DNA of 64,000 nt from positions 160,001-224,000 of the forward strand of contig CAWJPJ010000006.1 of assembly GCA_963844715.1 (NCBI GenBank), in the 5' to 3' direction. The DNA is from an uncultured Phycisphaerales bacterium. GTDB taxonomy: Bacteria; Planctomycetota; Phycisphaerae; Tepidisphaerales; Tepidisphaeraceae. Below are positions 18,317 through 28,459 of this stretch, in pieces. The translations under genes were made by a program, and so were the position numbers. Positions within the stretch are counted from its first letter, which is position 1. The number at the start of each line of letters is the position of its first letter. Under the pieces are notes generated by a model that ran no database searches, had not been told where the DNA came from, and was given only the letters and a program-made list of their open reading frames with translations.

Positions 18317-20072
18317 CTATGCCGGAAATCCCCCCGACACAATGCTGTCGATCGCTTCGCTCAGCGCATCGATCGTAATAGGCTTGATCATATGCACCGC
18401 AAATCCGGCATCCTTGCTGCGAACCCGATCATGCTCCATCCCGAATCCGCTCACGGCGATGCCGGGCAACTGATGCTCCCTCCGAAGTTGCTTCATGAGG
18501 TCATACCCATCCCGATCCGGCAAGCCCAGATCGCTGATGACCAGATCAAAATGCTTATGCGCCGCGACATCCGTGGCCGCCGCGGCGTTGGCGACGGAAT
18601 CGAGCCGATGGCCGAGCAATTCGAGCAATTTCGTCAGCGCCATGCGCGTATCGTCGTGGTCTTCGATCAGGAGGATCTCCAAGCTTCGCCGCGCCTGGGG
18701 CAAAGCCGTCGGAGCGCTGGCCGCCGGCGCAACCGGCGACGCGCCCCGCGGATCAAGCGGAAGCGCCACTATGAACGTTGATCCCTGGTCCCGGCCCGCG
18801 CTGCGGGCCTCGATCGTGCCATAGTGAGCTTCCAGGATGGCTTTTGAGATAGCCAGCCCCAGCCCCAGCCCGCCGAAGCGCCGCGTCGTGCTCGAGTTTC
18901 CCTGCTCGAATATGCCAAATATCCGAGGCAGCGCCTCCGCCTCGATTCCAATCCCGTTGTCCTTGATTCGGACCCGGATCGAATCCTTGTTCACCACCGC
19001 GCTGATCTGAATCTCCCCGCCGTCCGGCGTGAATTTCAGGGCGTTGCGCAACACGTTCCAGATAACCTGTTGAAGCCGTGTTCGATCCCCGTACACCGGG
19101 AGCGGCGCGGCGGCAAATTGTCGGCGACATGACGACGTCCCGATGCTGAAATTCCGGCCGGCAAATCTCAACCGCGTTGCGAATGACGTCGCGGAGGTCG
19201 ATATGCTCGAACTTCGGCGCGAATTTTCCCCCAAACATGCGGCTGAGATCGAGCAGGTCGTCGATCAACCGAACTTCCAGCTCCAGATTGCTCAACACGC
19301 TGGCAAGGTCTTCGCGCATCTCCGGGCTGATATTCGGGCTTTCCGCCATCGCCGATAGAATCAACACCGCCGGAGACAGCGGCGTGCGCAGTTCGTGGCT
19401 CAGCATCGCCAAAAAGCGATCCTTCGCCTCGCTCGCCGCTTGCGCGGCGGCGCGCTGGCGCAGCGCGTCGGCGATCTGGTCCGCGTTTTTTCTTCGTTCC
19501 TCCTCCGCGAAAACCCGGCCGCTCACGTCCGTCAGCGCCACCAGAATAACCGTTCCCCGCACGCTCTCCCCGGCTACTTCAACGCTCGAGAGTTGCACGT
19601 GCGCATACCCTCCGATTGCCTTTCGCAGCCGAACTTCCACCCACGTTTTCTGATCGCCCGGGTTACCGCGCGACACCAGCAGAAAATTCAAAAATGCCGA
19701 GCGGTCTTCGTGATGCAAGAATACCAGCAGCGGCCTATGAACGATCAGATCGCGTTCCGCCTGGAGCAGTTTCAGCGCCGTGAGATTGGCCTTCAGAACA
19801 ACCCCGCTCCGGTCCAGCGTCATATATCCGACCGGGGCCTCGTCGTAGAGCCGGGCGTACCGATCCCGTGACTTTTCCAACTCGATCTGCGTCTCCCGCA
19901 ACTGCTCGTTCTGATTCAGCACTTCTTCGTGATAGGCTGAGATCGCCGAGCCCAGTTTGCGCATTTTCTCCGGCATCGTCGTCGACGTGGCGACGCGGTT
20001 CGCTTTGGCCTTCCGAACCGAGCGAATCACCGGCTTCCTGCGAGGAGACTGTCCGCTCAACGTCATATTCAT
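18317..20072 (-). CDS. PAS hybrid sensor histidine kinase with receiver domain, frameshift near 19110
   Basis: LSHELRTPL H box, NALKFT, DNGIG, GLGLGL; C-terminal REC (IEDH, SDLGLP, KP). Confidence 0.92.
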
Positions 20073-20178
20073 CTCGCCCCATTTGCAGAATTGTCCACTT
20101 TAGACTCGACTGCAAAAACACAGTCTATCGGGCAATCGACCCAATACGAAACGGATAAAATAAACTTTCGCCTCGCCG

Positions 20179-22959
20179 CTACTGTCCGGGAGAGCTGTCC
20201 GGCAGGGGGGCGGATCGACCTTGAACCTCGGTCAGGGCGATCACGGCCCCGTCGATCCGGTTCTCCAGGTTCTTATATGGTCTTATTCGCAGCGTGTAGG
20301 TCCGCCCCGAGCGGTCGGAACATTCGCTCTCTTTTGTCGACATCGAATCGATCGCTTCTGTAATCTGGGCCTCCAAATCAGCGCAATCGATATTCGGCTT
20401 GATGTCGCCGATCGGGCGTCCCACGTCCGTCGGGATCAGGTTCAGCACCTTTTCCGCCATCGGCGTAAACCGCCGCACCCGAAGGTCATTCGACACCATC
20501 ACGATCGCGATCTGAACGTTGGCCAGCAAATTAACCAAATCCGAATTGATCTGGCTCAGCTCTTCGTTGCGGGATTGCAGCTCTTCGTTCACCGTGTTCA
20601 GTTCCTCGTTGGTCGATTGCAGTTCCTCCTTGGCGGTGTCCAGTTCCTCATTCGTCGATTGCAGTTCCTCATTGGCCGAGAGAATCTCCTCATTGGCGGA
20701 TTGAAGCTCCTCGTTGGCGGCCTCCAGGTCCTGAATGATCGACTGCAAGTATTCCCGGCTTGCCGCCAGTTCGTTTTTCAACTCCGTAACGCGCCCGCCG
20801 GCCTTGTCGCCCTTTTTCTTATTTTTCCCGACCCGTTTCCCCGCCTTCCCCGATGCCGCCAGGGGCCCGTCCATATTCCCGAAATATTTACCCTTCTCTT
20901 CCTCGAAGAGGATCAGGAAGTGCCTCTCTCCCGGCGCCCTGCGCAGCGGCACGACTTCCACCGACACCGGAACCATTCCCACATTCGACCGCACGCGAAG
21001 ACCTTCGCGGCGAACCGGTTCCTCCGTCTTTCGAGCTTCGTGAATCGCCGTCCGAATCCCGTACAGCAGCCCCTCACGCGCCATTTTCAAAAGATTCAGG
21101 CTCGGATCGCCCGGCGGCGGCTCCAGAAACTTCCCCGTCTGGCCTCGGAACTGAATGATTTGCAAATCGTCATCCACCACCACGCCCGCCGGGCTATAGC
21201 GCGCGCAGGATAATGTGATTGGCTTCGGTTTGAATCGAGGTCGGCCGCGCTTCGGCGGGGCGCGCTGGTTCGTTTGATGCGTCAGTCTGCCGGAGTTGCC
21301 GGCCGAGAATTCCATTTCCGAGCGCGCCGTCGCCGCGTTTTTAGAGTAGAGTTTGTGCCGTTTATCAACAACGCTGAAATAATCGGTGCCCGACCCGACC
21401 GTTTCCGCGCTGCCCAGCATGAGAAACCCCGTGCTCTTCAGCGCATAATTGAACACCGTCATCAGCCGCTTCTGAAGGCCGACCCCCAGATAAATGAGCA
21501 CGTTCCGGCAGAGGATCAGATCCAGTTTCGAAAACGGCGGATCGCGCGTGATGTCCTGCCGCGCGAAGATACATGAATCGCGGATCGTTTTGGTGATCCG
21601 AAATCCGCCGTCCGTGCGCAGGAAAAAACGGCGCAGCCGCTCGGGAGAGACGTCGGCACTGATGCTCTCCGGGTAAATCCCGGCCCGCGCGTGTTCGACC
21701 GCCGTTTCCGAAACATCCGTGCCGAACACTTGCATGGTCGTCGCCGACGCGTCGTCGCCCAGAAATTCCTGAAACGCAATCGCGATTGAATACGCCTCCT
21801 CGCCCGACGCGCAACCGGGAACCCAGATGCGGATCGGCGTCTCCCCCTGGCGGCTGTGGACGATCGACGGAAATGCTTTTTGCTCCAAAACCTTGAACGA
21901 ATCCGGGTCCCGGAAAAACCGCGTCACATGGATCAGGATATCCTGATAGAGACCATGAATTTCCTCCGGGTTGTTTTGCAGGAGTTGAACATACTCCTCC
22001 ATTGTGGCGATTTTGTGCAGCACCATGCGGCGCTGGAGCCGGCGCCGGATGGTCGGCAGCTTGTAATGGCTGAAATCAACCCCCGTCGCCGAACGGAGCA
22101 GCTGGAATATGCGCGGAAGCTGCGCGTCGAAGCCCCCTAGTTCCTCGGCCTTGCGCGGCTCCCCGCGAAGCAGCGGGTGACTGGCGATCCGCACCAATTC
22201 CCTGGCGATTTCCCCCGGACCGAGAATCAGGTCCACCACGCCCGTCCCGATCGCCGCTCGCGGCATCCCATCCGACTTGGCCGTCCGCGGCTCCTGCGCG
22301 ATCGCGATGCCCCCCGCGCTCTTTATTTCCTGAACCCCAATTGCTCCGTCTGAAGCCGACCCCGACATGACGATCCCAACCTCGCGAATCTGCGCATACT
22401 CCGCCAAAGATCGAAAGAACGAATCAATCGGCATGTGCTGCGTCCGATCCTCCGGACGCGCCATGAGATGCAGTTTTCCATCCACGATGTGCATGTGGAC
22501 GTTGGGAGGGATCACGTACGCTTTGTTCGCCTCGACCCGAACTCCTTCCGTCACTTGCACCACCGGCATTTTCGAATGAGAGGCCAGCAATTCCGGAAGA
22601 AAGCTGTCGTGCTTCGGCGCCAGGTGCTGAATAATGATCAGCGCCATCCCCAATTCAGCAGGCAGCGCTTCCAGCAGATTCGAGCACGCTTCCAACCCGC
22701 CGGCCGAAGCTCCAATCCCCGCAATCATGAAATCCGGCAAAGGCTTCACAACCGCATCGTCGGTTGTCTCGCCAACGGAATCGGTAGCTCTCTCCTCACC
22801 GTTCTCGCCATCGGTGTCGGCGCCGCTTTCATCAATGCCCGGCATGCCTGGAATAGTTTCCGGACCGGCCCTGAGCCATTCCCGGCCAGATGTCTGTTTT
22901 CGTTTTTTGGGATTTCGCTTCGGCTTCGATCTCGTCCGTTGCGCACGCTTCTTTTTCAT
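20179..22959 (-). CDS. CheB-CheR fusion with coiled coil and PAS domain
   Basis: GASAGG, QHL and SDG (CheB); FFRD, GCASGEE and CRNVLIY (CheR); EELQSxNEE heptads. Confidence 0.93.
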   Translation of the reverse strand: MKKKRAQRTRSKPKRNPKKRKQTSGREWLRAGPETIPGMPGIDESGADTDGENGEERATDSVGETTDDAVVKPLPDFMIAGIGASAGGLEACSNLLEALPAELGMALIIIQHLAPKHDSFLPELLASHSKMPVVQVTEGVRVEANKAYVIPPNVHMHIVDGKLHLMARPEDRTQHMPIDSFFRSLAEYAQIREVGIVMSGSASDGAIGVQEIKSAGGIAIAQEPRTAKSDGMPRAAIGTGVVDLILGPGEIARELVRIASHPLLRGEPRKAEELGGFDAQLPRIFQLLRSATGVDFSHYKLPTIRRRLQRRMVLHKIATMEEYVQLLQNNPEEIHGLYQDILIHVTRFFRDPDSFKVLEQKAFPSIVHSRQGETPIRIWVPGCASGEEAYSIAIAFQEFLGDDASATTMQVFGTDVSETAVEHARAGIYPESISADVSPERLRRFFLRTDGGFRITKTIRDSCIFARQDITRDPPFSKLDLILCRNVLIYLGVGLQKRLMTVFNYALKSTGFLMLGSAETVGSGTDYFSVVDKRHKLYSKNAATARSEMEFSAGNSGRLTHQTNQRAPPKRGRPRFKPKPITLSCARYSPAGVVVDDDLQIIQFRGQTGKFLEPPPGDPSLNLLKMAREGLLYGIRTAIHEARKTEEPVRREGLRVRSNVGMVPVSVEVVPLRRAPGERHFLILFEEEKGKYFGNMDGPLAASGKAGKRVGKNKKKGDKAGGRVTELKNELAASREYLQSIIQDLEAANEELQSANEEILSANEELQSTNEELDTAKEELQSTNEELNTVNEELQSRNEELSQINSDLVNLLANVQIAIVMVSNDLRVRRFTPMAEKVLNLIPTDVGRPIGDIKPNIDCADLEAQITEAIDSMSTKESECSDRSGRTYTLRIRPYKNLENRIDGAVIALTEVQGRSAPLPDSSPGQ

Positions 22960-23481
22960 CGCGCCGACGCCGCAAGCGGCGTCCCAGGTAAACTCGCAAA
23001 ATGTCCAAATTCGCTTCCCGCCCGCTCCGTCCCGGAACGCACCCACTCAGAATAAACCATGCTAAAAAGCCTTTACCCAGCGGTCAAGGTGAGCCTTGAG
23101 ATTTTAACCGATCACCGCGACGATTCGTCAGAAGTTGCCATTCGGCTACCCGCAATTGCGAGCCAATCAACTCGCCGGCCGGCAGAAAACCAACGAAACC
23201 GGCATCCAGTATCTGATTGACGCCAGACCCGGCGATGCCCCGCCCGGCTCGGACTCAAACATGCGATTTCGGCGCAACGCCCGACCGACGAAACGTCCCA
23301 CGTACGGAGGAGATCGTCTCCCCTCTAAACTTGAAATCTAAAAAGTTTGTTGAACATAAACCATACCCCACCCGAACCCCCAATCACTTCAAAACTGTTA
23401 CCTTTTGCCCAAAAACTATTCCCGCGCACCCGAAAATAAACCCGCGCTCCGCCACGCGCCTACCATACCAGCGAGGCAAAC

Positions 23482-24162
23482 ATGAACGAACAAAAAAACC
23501 GAGGCGCCATCGGCCCCCACGCGAACCAACCCGTCCTCCGCTTGGGCCCGGAACTTTCCCAAGCCGCCGGCGCGATCATTTTCCTGCATGGCCGCGGCGC
23601 GCCGGCTGAAAGCATCCTCGGCCTCTACGATGAAATCGGCCAAAGAACGCTGGCCGCCCTCGCCCCTCAAGCCGCCGGCTATACTTGGTATCCCCAATCC
23701 TTTCTCGCTCCCATCGAAGACAATCAGCCTTATCTCGATTCCGCGCTGAGCAAGATCGAATCCATCGTTAGCGAAATCCTCGAAGCCAAAATCCCAAGCC
23801 AGCGCATCGCGATCCTGGGTTTTTCTCAAGGCGCCTGCCTCACTACGGAATTCGTCGCGCACCGGCCCCGAAAATACGGCGCGGTGATCGCCCTCACCGG
23901 CGGCCTCATCGGGCCGCCCGGAACCCCCCGAAAATACCCCGGCTCGCTCGATGGAACCCCCGTTTTCCTCGGCTCCAGCGACCCCGACCCGCACGTTCCC
24001 TTCCCGCGCGTGCAGGAAACCCGCGATGTCCTGGCGCAAATGGGAGCTAAGGTCGACCTGCGGCGATATCCCAACATGGGCCACACCATCAACGAAGACG
24101 AAATCGAAGCCTGTCGCAACCTGGTAAAACATCTCCTGGCCGCGAGTGACCCAACAAAATAA
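23482..24162 (+). CDS. Phospholipase/carboxylesterase (MhqD-like)
   Basis: LHGRG, GFSQGA, DPHVP, GH. Confidence 0.88.
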   Translation: MNEQKNRGAIGPHANQPVLRLGPELSQAAGAIIFLHGRGAPAESILGLYDEIGQRTLAALAPQAAGYTWYPQSFLAPIEDNQPYLDSALSKIESIVSEILEAKIPSQRIAILGFSQGACLTTEFVAHRPRKYGAVIALTGGLIGPPGTPRKYPGSLDGTPVFLGSSDPDPHVPFPRVQETRDVLAQMGAKVDLRRYPNMGHTINEDEIEACRNLVKHLLAASDPTK

Positions 24163-24175
24163 TGAAAGGAATCCC

Positions 24176-25114
24176 ATGGCAACCATCGCCGGCATTCATC
24201 ACGTCACCGCCATCGCATCCGATCCGCAAAAAAACATCGACTTCTATACCGGAGTCCTCGGCCTGCGACTGGTGAAGCTCACTGTCAACTTCGACGACCC
24301 CGGAAGCTACCACCTTTACTACGGCGACGAACTCGGCCGCCCCGGATCGATTCTGACTTTCTTCGCCTGGCCCGGCGCCCACCGAGGCCGCGTCGGCCCG
24401 CCTCAGGTCACCACCACCGCGTTCTCAATCCCCATCGCCGCAATCGACTTCTGGAGGCAGCGCCTCAAAGATCGCGACGTAAAAGTTCACGCCTTTGAAG
24501 ACCGTTTCGGCGAGCCAACCATCGCCTTCACGGACCCCGACGGCTTGCGCGTCGAACTCATCGGCTCCGCAGACCCGAAAGGCAAACCCTGGGCAACAGG
24601 ACCCGTGCCCGATGCCTCCGCGATTCGCGGTTTCCACGGCGTCACCCTTTCCGAAGAAGGTTACGAGAACACCGCCAAACTGCTCACCAATCCGATGGGT
24701 TTTGAACCGATCGGCAACAAGGCCGACCGATACCGCTACCGCGCCACCGGCGGCGACGGCTTCGCCTCGATCGTCGATGTCGTCTGCCAACCCTCCGCCC
24801 CCGGCGGGAGCATGGGCGCCGGCGTCGTCCACCACATCGCTTACCGCACGCCGGACGACGCGTCGCAATTGCAGTGGCGTTCAAAAATTGTCGAAAACGG
24901 CTATAACGTCTCCCCAATCATGGATCGCTGCTATTTCCATTCCATTTATTACCGCGAGCCAGGCGGCGTGCTATTTGAGATCGCGACGGATTCTCCGGGT
25001 TTCACCGCCGATCAGTCCGCCGATCAGCTTGGCAAAAAACTCATGCTCCCCTCCTGGCTGGAAAAATATCGCGCGGAAATCGAAAAGGCCGTACCCCCCG
25101 TAAAGCTCCCATGA
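24176..25114 (+). CDS. Ring-cleaving dioxygenase (VOC family, MhqA/E/O-like)
   Basis: GIHHVT, TVNFDDP..YHLYYGD, HHIA.R and DR.YF.SIY.REPGG.LFEIAT. Confidence 0.92.
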   Translation: MATIAGIHHVTAIASDPQKNIDFYTGVLGLRLVKLTVNFDDPGSYHLYYGDELGRPGSILTFFAWPGAHRGRVGPPQVTTTAFSIPIAAIDFWRQRLKDRDVKVHAFEDRFGEPTIAFTDPDGLRVELIGSADPKGKPWATGPVPDASAIRGFHGVTLSEEGYENTAKLLTNPMGFEPIGNKADRYRYRATGGDGFASIVDVVCQPSAPGGSMGAGVVHHIAYRTPDDASQLQWRSKIVENGYNVSPIMDRCYFHSIYYREPGGVLFEIATDSPGFTADQSADQLGKKLMLPSWLEKYRAEIEKAVPPVKLP

Positions 25115-26067
25115 AGGCCGTGGTCCTCCGTCAATTCGGCGTCCCCAAACTCCTCAAGGTCGAGGAAGTCCCCACGCCGTCACCAAAGGACGGCGAGGTT
25201 CTCGTCCAAGTAAAAGCCGCATCGATTAATCCGAGCGACGTAAAGAACATCCTCGGGACCATGCACGGAACGACATTGCCGCGAATTCCCGGCCGCGATT
25301 TCGCCGGAGTTATCGTCCAGGGTCCCAAGGATCTCGTCGGCAAAGAGGTTTGGGGCACAGGCGGCGACATTGGCTTCACGCGCGACGGCTCCCATGCCCA
25401 ATTTATCCTCATTCCCGCCGCCGCGGCGACACCCAAGCCGGCAAATCTCTCCATGGAAGAAGCCGCGATCTCCGCTCTGACGTTCCTCACCGCCTGGTTG
25501 GCGATGGTTACAGCAAGCAAGATCGCAGCGGGGGAAATCGCCGTCATCCTCGGCGCCGCCGGCGGCGTTGGTTCCGCGGCCGTGCAAATCGCCAAATCGC
25601 GCGGCGCGCGGGTCGTCGGCGTCGTCAGATCCGACCGGGAAACCGACGCCGCCAGGCAAAATGGCGCCAATGACGTATTGATTTCATCGGAAGCTCTTCC
25701 CGCCGCCATACGAAAGCTGACAATGGACCACGGCGCGGATGTCGCGTTCGACACCAGCGGCTCGATGTTCCCCCAATGCGTCGAGATGGCCGCCCAACAC
25801 GGACGCATCCCCGTCATCACCGCCCCGCGCGACGGCAAAGCCGATTTCAATCTCCGCAATCTCTATCGCCACGAACTCACCGTCTTCGGCTTGGACACGC
25901 GCCCGATGGATGTCACCGCCTGCGCCAATATCCTCGCGGAAATCCGCCCCGGTTTCGAATCAGGCCAATTCAAATCCCGCCGCCCCAAGCCCATGCCGCT
26001 CGCCCAAGCTCCCGAAGCCTACGAACAAGCCGCCGGCGGCGGGGGAGCGGTCGTGCTTATTCCATAA
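25111..26067 (+). CDS. MDR-family quinone oxidoreductase/alcohol dehydrogenase
   Basis: INPSD, PRIPGRDFAG, GAAGGVG. Confidence 0.88.
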   Translation: MKAVVLRQFGVPKLLKVEEVPTPSPKDGEVLVQVKAASINPSDVKNILGTMHGTTLPRIPGRDFAGVIVQGPKDLVGKEVWGTGGDIGFTRDGSHAQFILIPAAAATPKPANLSMEEAAISALTFLTAWLAMVTASKIAAGEIAVILGAAGGVGSAAVQIAKSRGARVVGVVRSDRETDAARQNGANDVLISSEALPAAIRKLTMDHGADVAFDTSGSMFPQCVEMAAQHGRIPVITAPRDGKADFNLRNLYRHELTVFGLDTRPMDVTACANILAEIRPGFESGQFKSRRPKPMPLAQAPEAYEQAAGGGGAVVLIP

Positions 26068-26078
26068 GGGGATCTTTT

Positions 26079-26129
26079 CCCTCTCCCTGTGCCTCCGCTA
26101 GTTTCCGCAGGATGGGCAAGGGTGAGGGG
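26079..26129. repeat. CCCTCTCCC...GGGTGAGGG-type intergenic repeat
   Basis: Related to the copies at 59642-59750. Confidence 0.45.
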
Positions 26130-26217
26130 CGATTTTCGAACGTCGAGTGCCGTCCCTCAACTCTTCCCCGCAAATCTAGCCAGACCATCGTTCTTCGGTT
26201 ACGCTCCCCCTCGGAAC

Positions 26218-26706
26218 ATGGACCGCAAATTAATCGATGCTTACGAGGCAGGGGGCGCCGAGCTGCGCGCGGCAACCGCCGGTCTGTCGCTGCAAGATCT
26301 CCTCTGGGTCCCCGATAAAAACGCCGGCGTCGGCGACTGGTCCATCCAGCAGATCGTCATCCACCTCATGGATGCCGATTTGATCTGGTCATCCCGCATG
26401 AAATGCATCATCGCCGAGGATCATCCCAAGATCCTCGGCTACGACGAAAGCAAATTCGCCGCCAATTTGTTTTATGACAAGCAGGACGCCCAGCTCGCGG
26501 TGCAAATTTTCGACTTGAACCGCAAGCAATTTTCCAAGGCTCTCCGCAAGCTTTCCGACGCCGCCTTCGAGCGCACCGGCGAGCACAACGAACTCGGCAG
26601 CATCACCCTCGAGCAAAGCGTTGGCTGGATGGTGAATCACGTAAACCATCACATTAAATTCATCGACCTTAAACTCGCCAAACTCGGCAAGCCCCCACGG
26701 CCGTAG
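26218..26706 (+). CDS. DinB/YfiT-like protein
   Basis: WSIQQIVIHL.D, YDE..FA and H..HH metal triad. Confidence 0.88.
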   Translation: MDRKLIDAYEAGGAELRAATAGLSLQDLLWVPDKNAGVGDWSIQQIVIHLMDADLIWSSRMKCIIAEDHPKILGYDESKFAANLFYDKQDAQLAVQIFDLNRKQFSKALRKLSDAAFERTGEHNELGSITLEQSVGWMVNHVNHHIKFIDLKLAKLGKPPRP

Positions 26707-26723
26707 CTCTCGCAGGCTCCATC

Positions 26724-27218
26724 ATGGACCCCAAAACAATCCAAGATTTCGAGACCAACGGCCAAAAGCTCGCCAAGGCCATCGAGGGCCTGAGCCGCAA
26801 GGAACTGCTTTGGGTTCCGCCGCCCACGATCACTGTTGGAAAATGGTCCATCCAGCAGGTGGTCTTCCATCTCATGGACGATGAATTGATTTGGACGGCC
26901 AGAATGAAAACCGTGATCGCTGAGGACAATCCGAAAATCGAAATCTACGACGAAGCCAAATTGGCCACCAAAACTTTCGTGGAGGAGCAGGACGCCGCGG
27001 TTGCCGCCCAAATCCTCGATCTGAATCGCCGCCAATTCTCAAAAGTCCTGAACAATCTCCCCCCAGCCGCGTTCCAACGCACCGGCGAGCACAGCAGCAT
27101 CGGCATCTTCACACTCGAGCAGGCCGTGGTCTGGACGAACGAGCACCTGGATCACCACATCCGGTATATCGGGATGAAGAGGGAAATCATTGGCAAGCCA
27201 ATTGCCGTTGGACCGTGA
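26724..27218 (+). CDS. DinB/YfiT-like protein (tandem paralog)
   Basis: Same motifs; clearly similar to the upstream gene. Confidence 0.88.
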   Translation: MDPKTIQDFETNGQKLAKAIEGLSRKELLWVPPPTITVGKWSIQQVVFHLMDDELIWTARMKTVIAEDNPKIEIYDEAKLATKTFVEEQDAAVAAQILDLNRRQFSKVLNNLPPAAFQRTGEHSSIGIFTLEQAVVWTNEHLDHHIRYIGMKREIIGKPIAVGP

Positions 27219-27228
27219 GTTGTGCCTT

Positions 27229-27657
27229 ATGGTCATCGTCGCCACTCATATCGAACTCCGAACGAATCTTATTAACACCGCTTTAAGCCTGTCGAACGTG
27301 GAGAGATTTGACGACGGAAGCGGCTATCGATGCGATGTGGCCGTCCGCTCCAGCGGCTTCGCGTGCAATCGTCCGTTCTATTTCCACCAGGAATCACTTG
27401 ACGGTTTCGTGACTTCTGTTCAGGTAATGACGAGCGGCACGCCGGCGGAGGCAACGCTAAAGCCTCGCTATGAGCCCGATTTCCTGCGCCTCAAGATGAA
27501 CCAGCTCGGTCATCTTCTGGTTTCCGGCGAATTGTATGAACACTCCCGTCTACATCAGTGCTTGAAGTTCGCCTTCGAGACCGACCAGACCGTCCTCGGC
27601 CCGTTCCTATGCGAGTTGCTAAAATTGAAAGAAGCGTGGATTAGCCGGCCTCCGTAA
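27229..27657 (+). CDS. Hypothetical protein, possibly WapI-like immunity fold
   Basis: 142 aa. 'GH..VSGEL...L.F.FETDQT.L..F...L' C-terminus. Confidence 0.55.
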   Translation: MVIVATHIELRTNLINTALSLSNVERFDDGSGYRCDVAVRSSGFACNRPFYFHQESLDGFVTSVQVMTSGTPAEATLKPRYEPDFLRLKMNQLGHLLVSGELYEHSRLHQCLKFAFETDQTVLGPFLCELLKLKEAWISRPP

Positions 27658-27700
27658 GCCCGCCGTCCATGCTATAATACGGCGGAGTTGCAGTGCGCCG

Positions 27701-28321
27701 ATGATCAGCTACGAACAAAAACTCAAAGGCGATCTGGAATGGGCTCTACATGAGGCCGGCATGTATTTCGACGAAACGAGCCAAGTCCACAAGACGCTTA
27801 AGCAACTTACCCAGCGGCTGAATGAATTGGCGATACCGTACGCGGTGGTGGGGGGAATGGCCATGTTCGCCCATGGTTTTCGTAGATTCACGGAGGATGT
27901 AGGTTTGCTCGTCACGCGCGACGGCATGCGCCAAATCGCCGAACAACTCGAAGGCCTTGGCTACGTCCAGCCGCGCGGCAGAAACACCAAGTTGAGGGAC
28001 ACGCAAACGGGCGTTCGAATCGAATTTCTCATCACTGGCGGCTACCCAGGCGACGGAAGGCCCAAACCGGTCGCATTTCCCGATCCCAGTTCCGTTGCTG
28101 TGGATATCGCCGGAATAAAATTTCTTGCGCTACCTGCGCTGGTGGAACTGAAGCTGGCCTCTGGAATCTCCGCCGCGCATCGCCTCAAAGATCTGGCCGA
28201 CGCTCAGGAACTCATCCGCGTCCTGAAACTCCCGCGCAACTTCGCGGATCAGCTCAATCCCTACATCCGCCCGAAATTCGACGAACTCTGGACCGCCGTC
28301 GAGCAGCACCCTGAAGAATAG
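27701..28321 (+). CDS. Nucleotidyltransferase-family protein
   Basis: YAVVGGMA..AHG..R.TEDV, LVELKL and KDLAD motifs; TGCTATAAT upstream. Confidence 0.8.
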   Translation: MISYEQKLKGDLEWALHEAGMYFDETSQVHKTLKQLTQRLNELAIPYAVVGGMAMFAHGFRRFTEDVGLLVTRDGMRQIAEQLEGLGYVQPRGRNTKLRDTQTGVRIEFLITGGYPGDGRPKPVAFPDPSSVAVDIAGIKFLALPALVELKLASGISAAHRLKDLADAQELIRVLKLPRNFADQLNPYIRPKFDELWTAVEQHPEE

Positions 28322-28382
28322 CCTGAAACTCAGGTCCGCCGCGATGATGCGACGAGCGGGAAAGAGAAAAAGGGGAGGGAAG

Positions 28383-28459
28383 TTAACCGCGGATGACACG
28401 GATGAAATGCGGGACATTTTGGCTTTTTATCCGCGCCCATCAGTGAAATCCGCGGTTAA
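28383..28459. repeat. Palindromic AACCGCGGAT... REP-like element
   Basis: TTAACCGCGGAT...ATCCGCGGTTAA arms with internal 9-nt periodic units, between convergent genes. Confidence 0.7.

Noticed and set aside
20540..20730. 21-nt periodic DNA repeat
   Set aside because: It encodes the EELQSxN coiled coil of the CheB/CheR protein.
23050..23480. ncRNA or riboswitch in the long divergent intergenic region
   Set aside because: No recognisable family motif or convincing structure by eye; an Rfam search would be needed.
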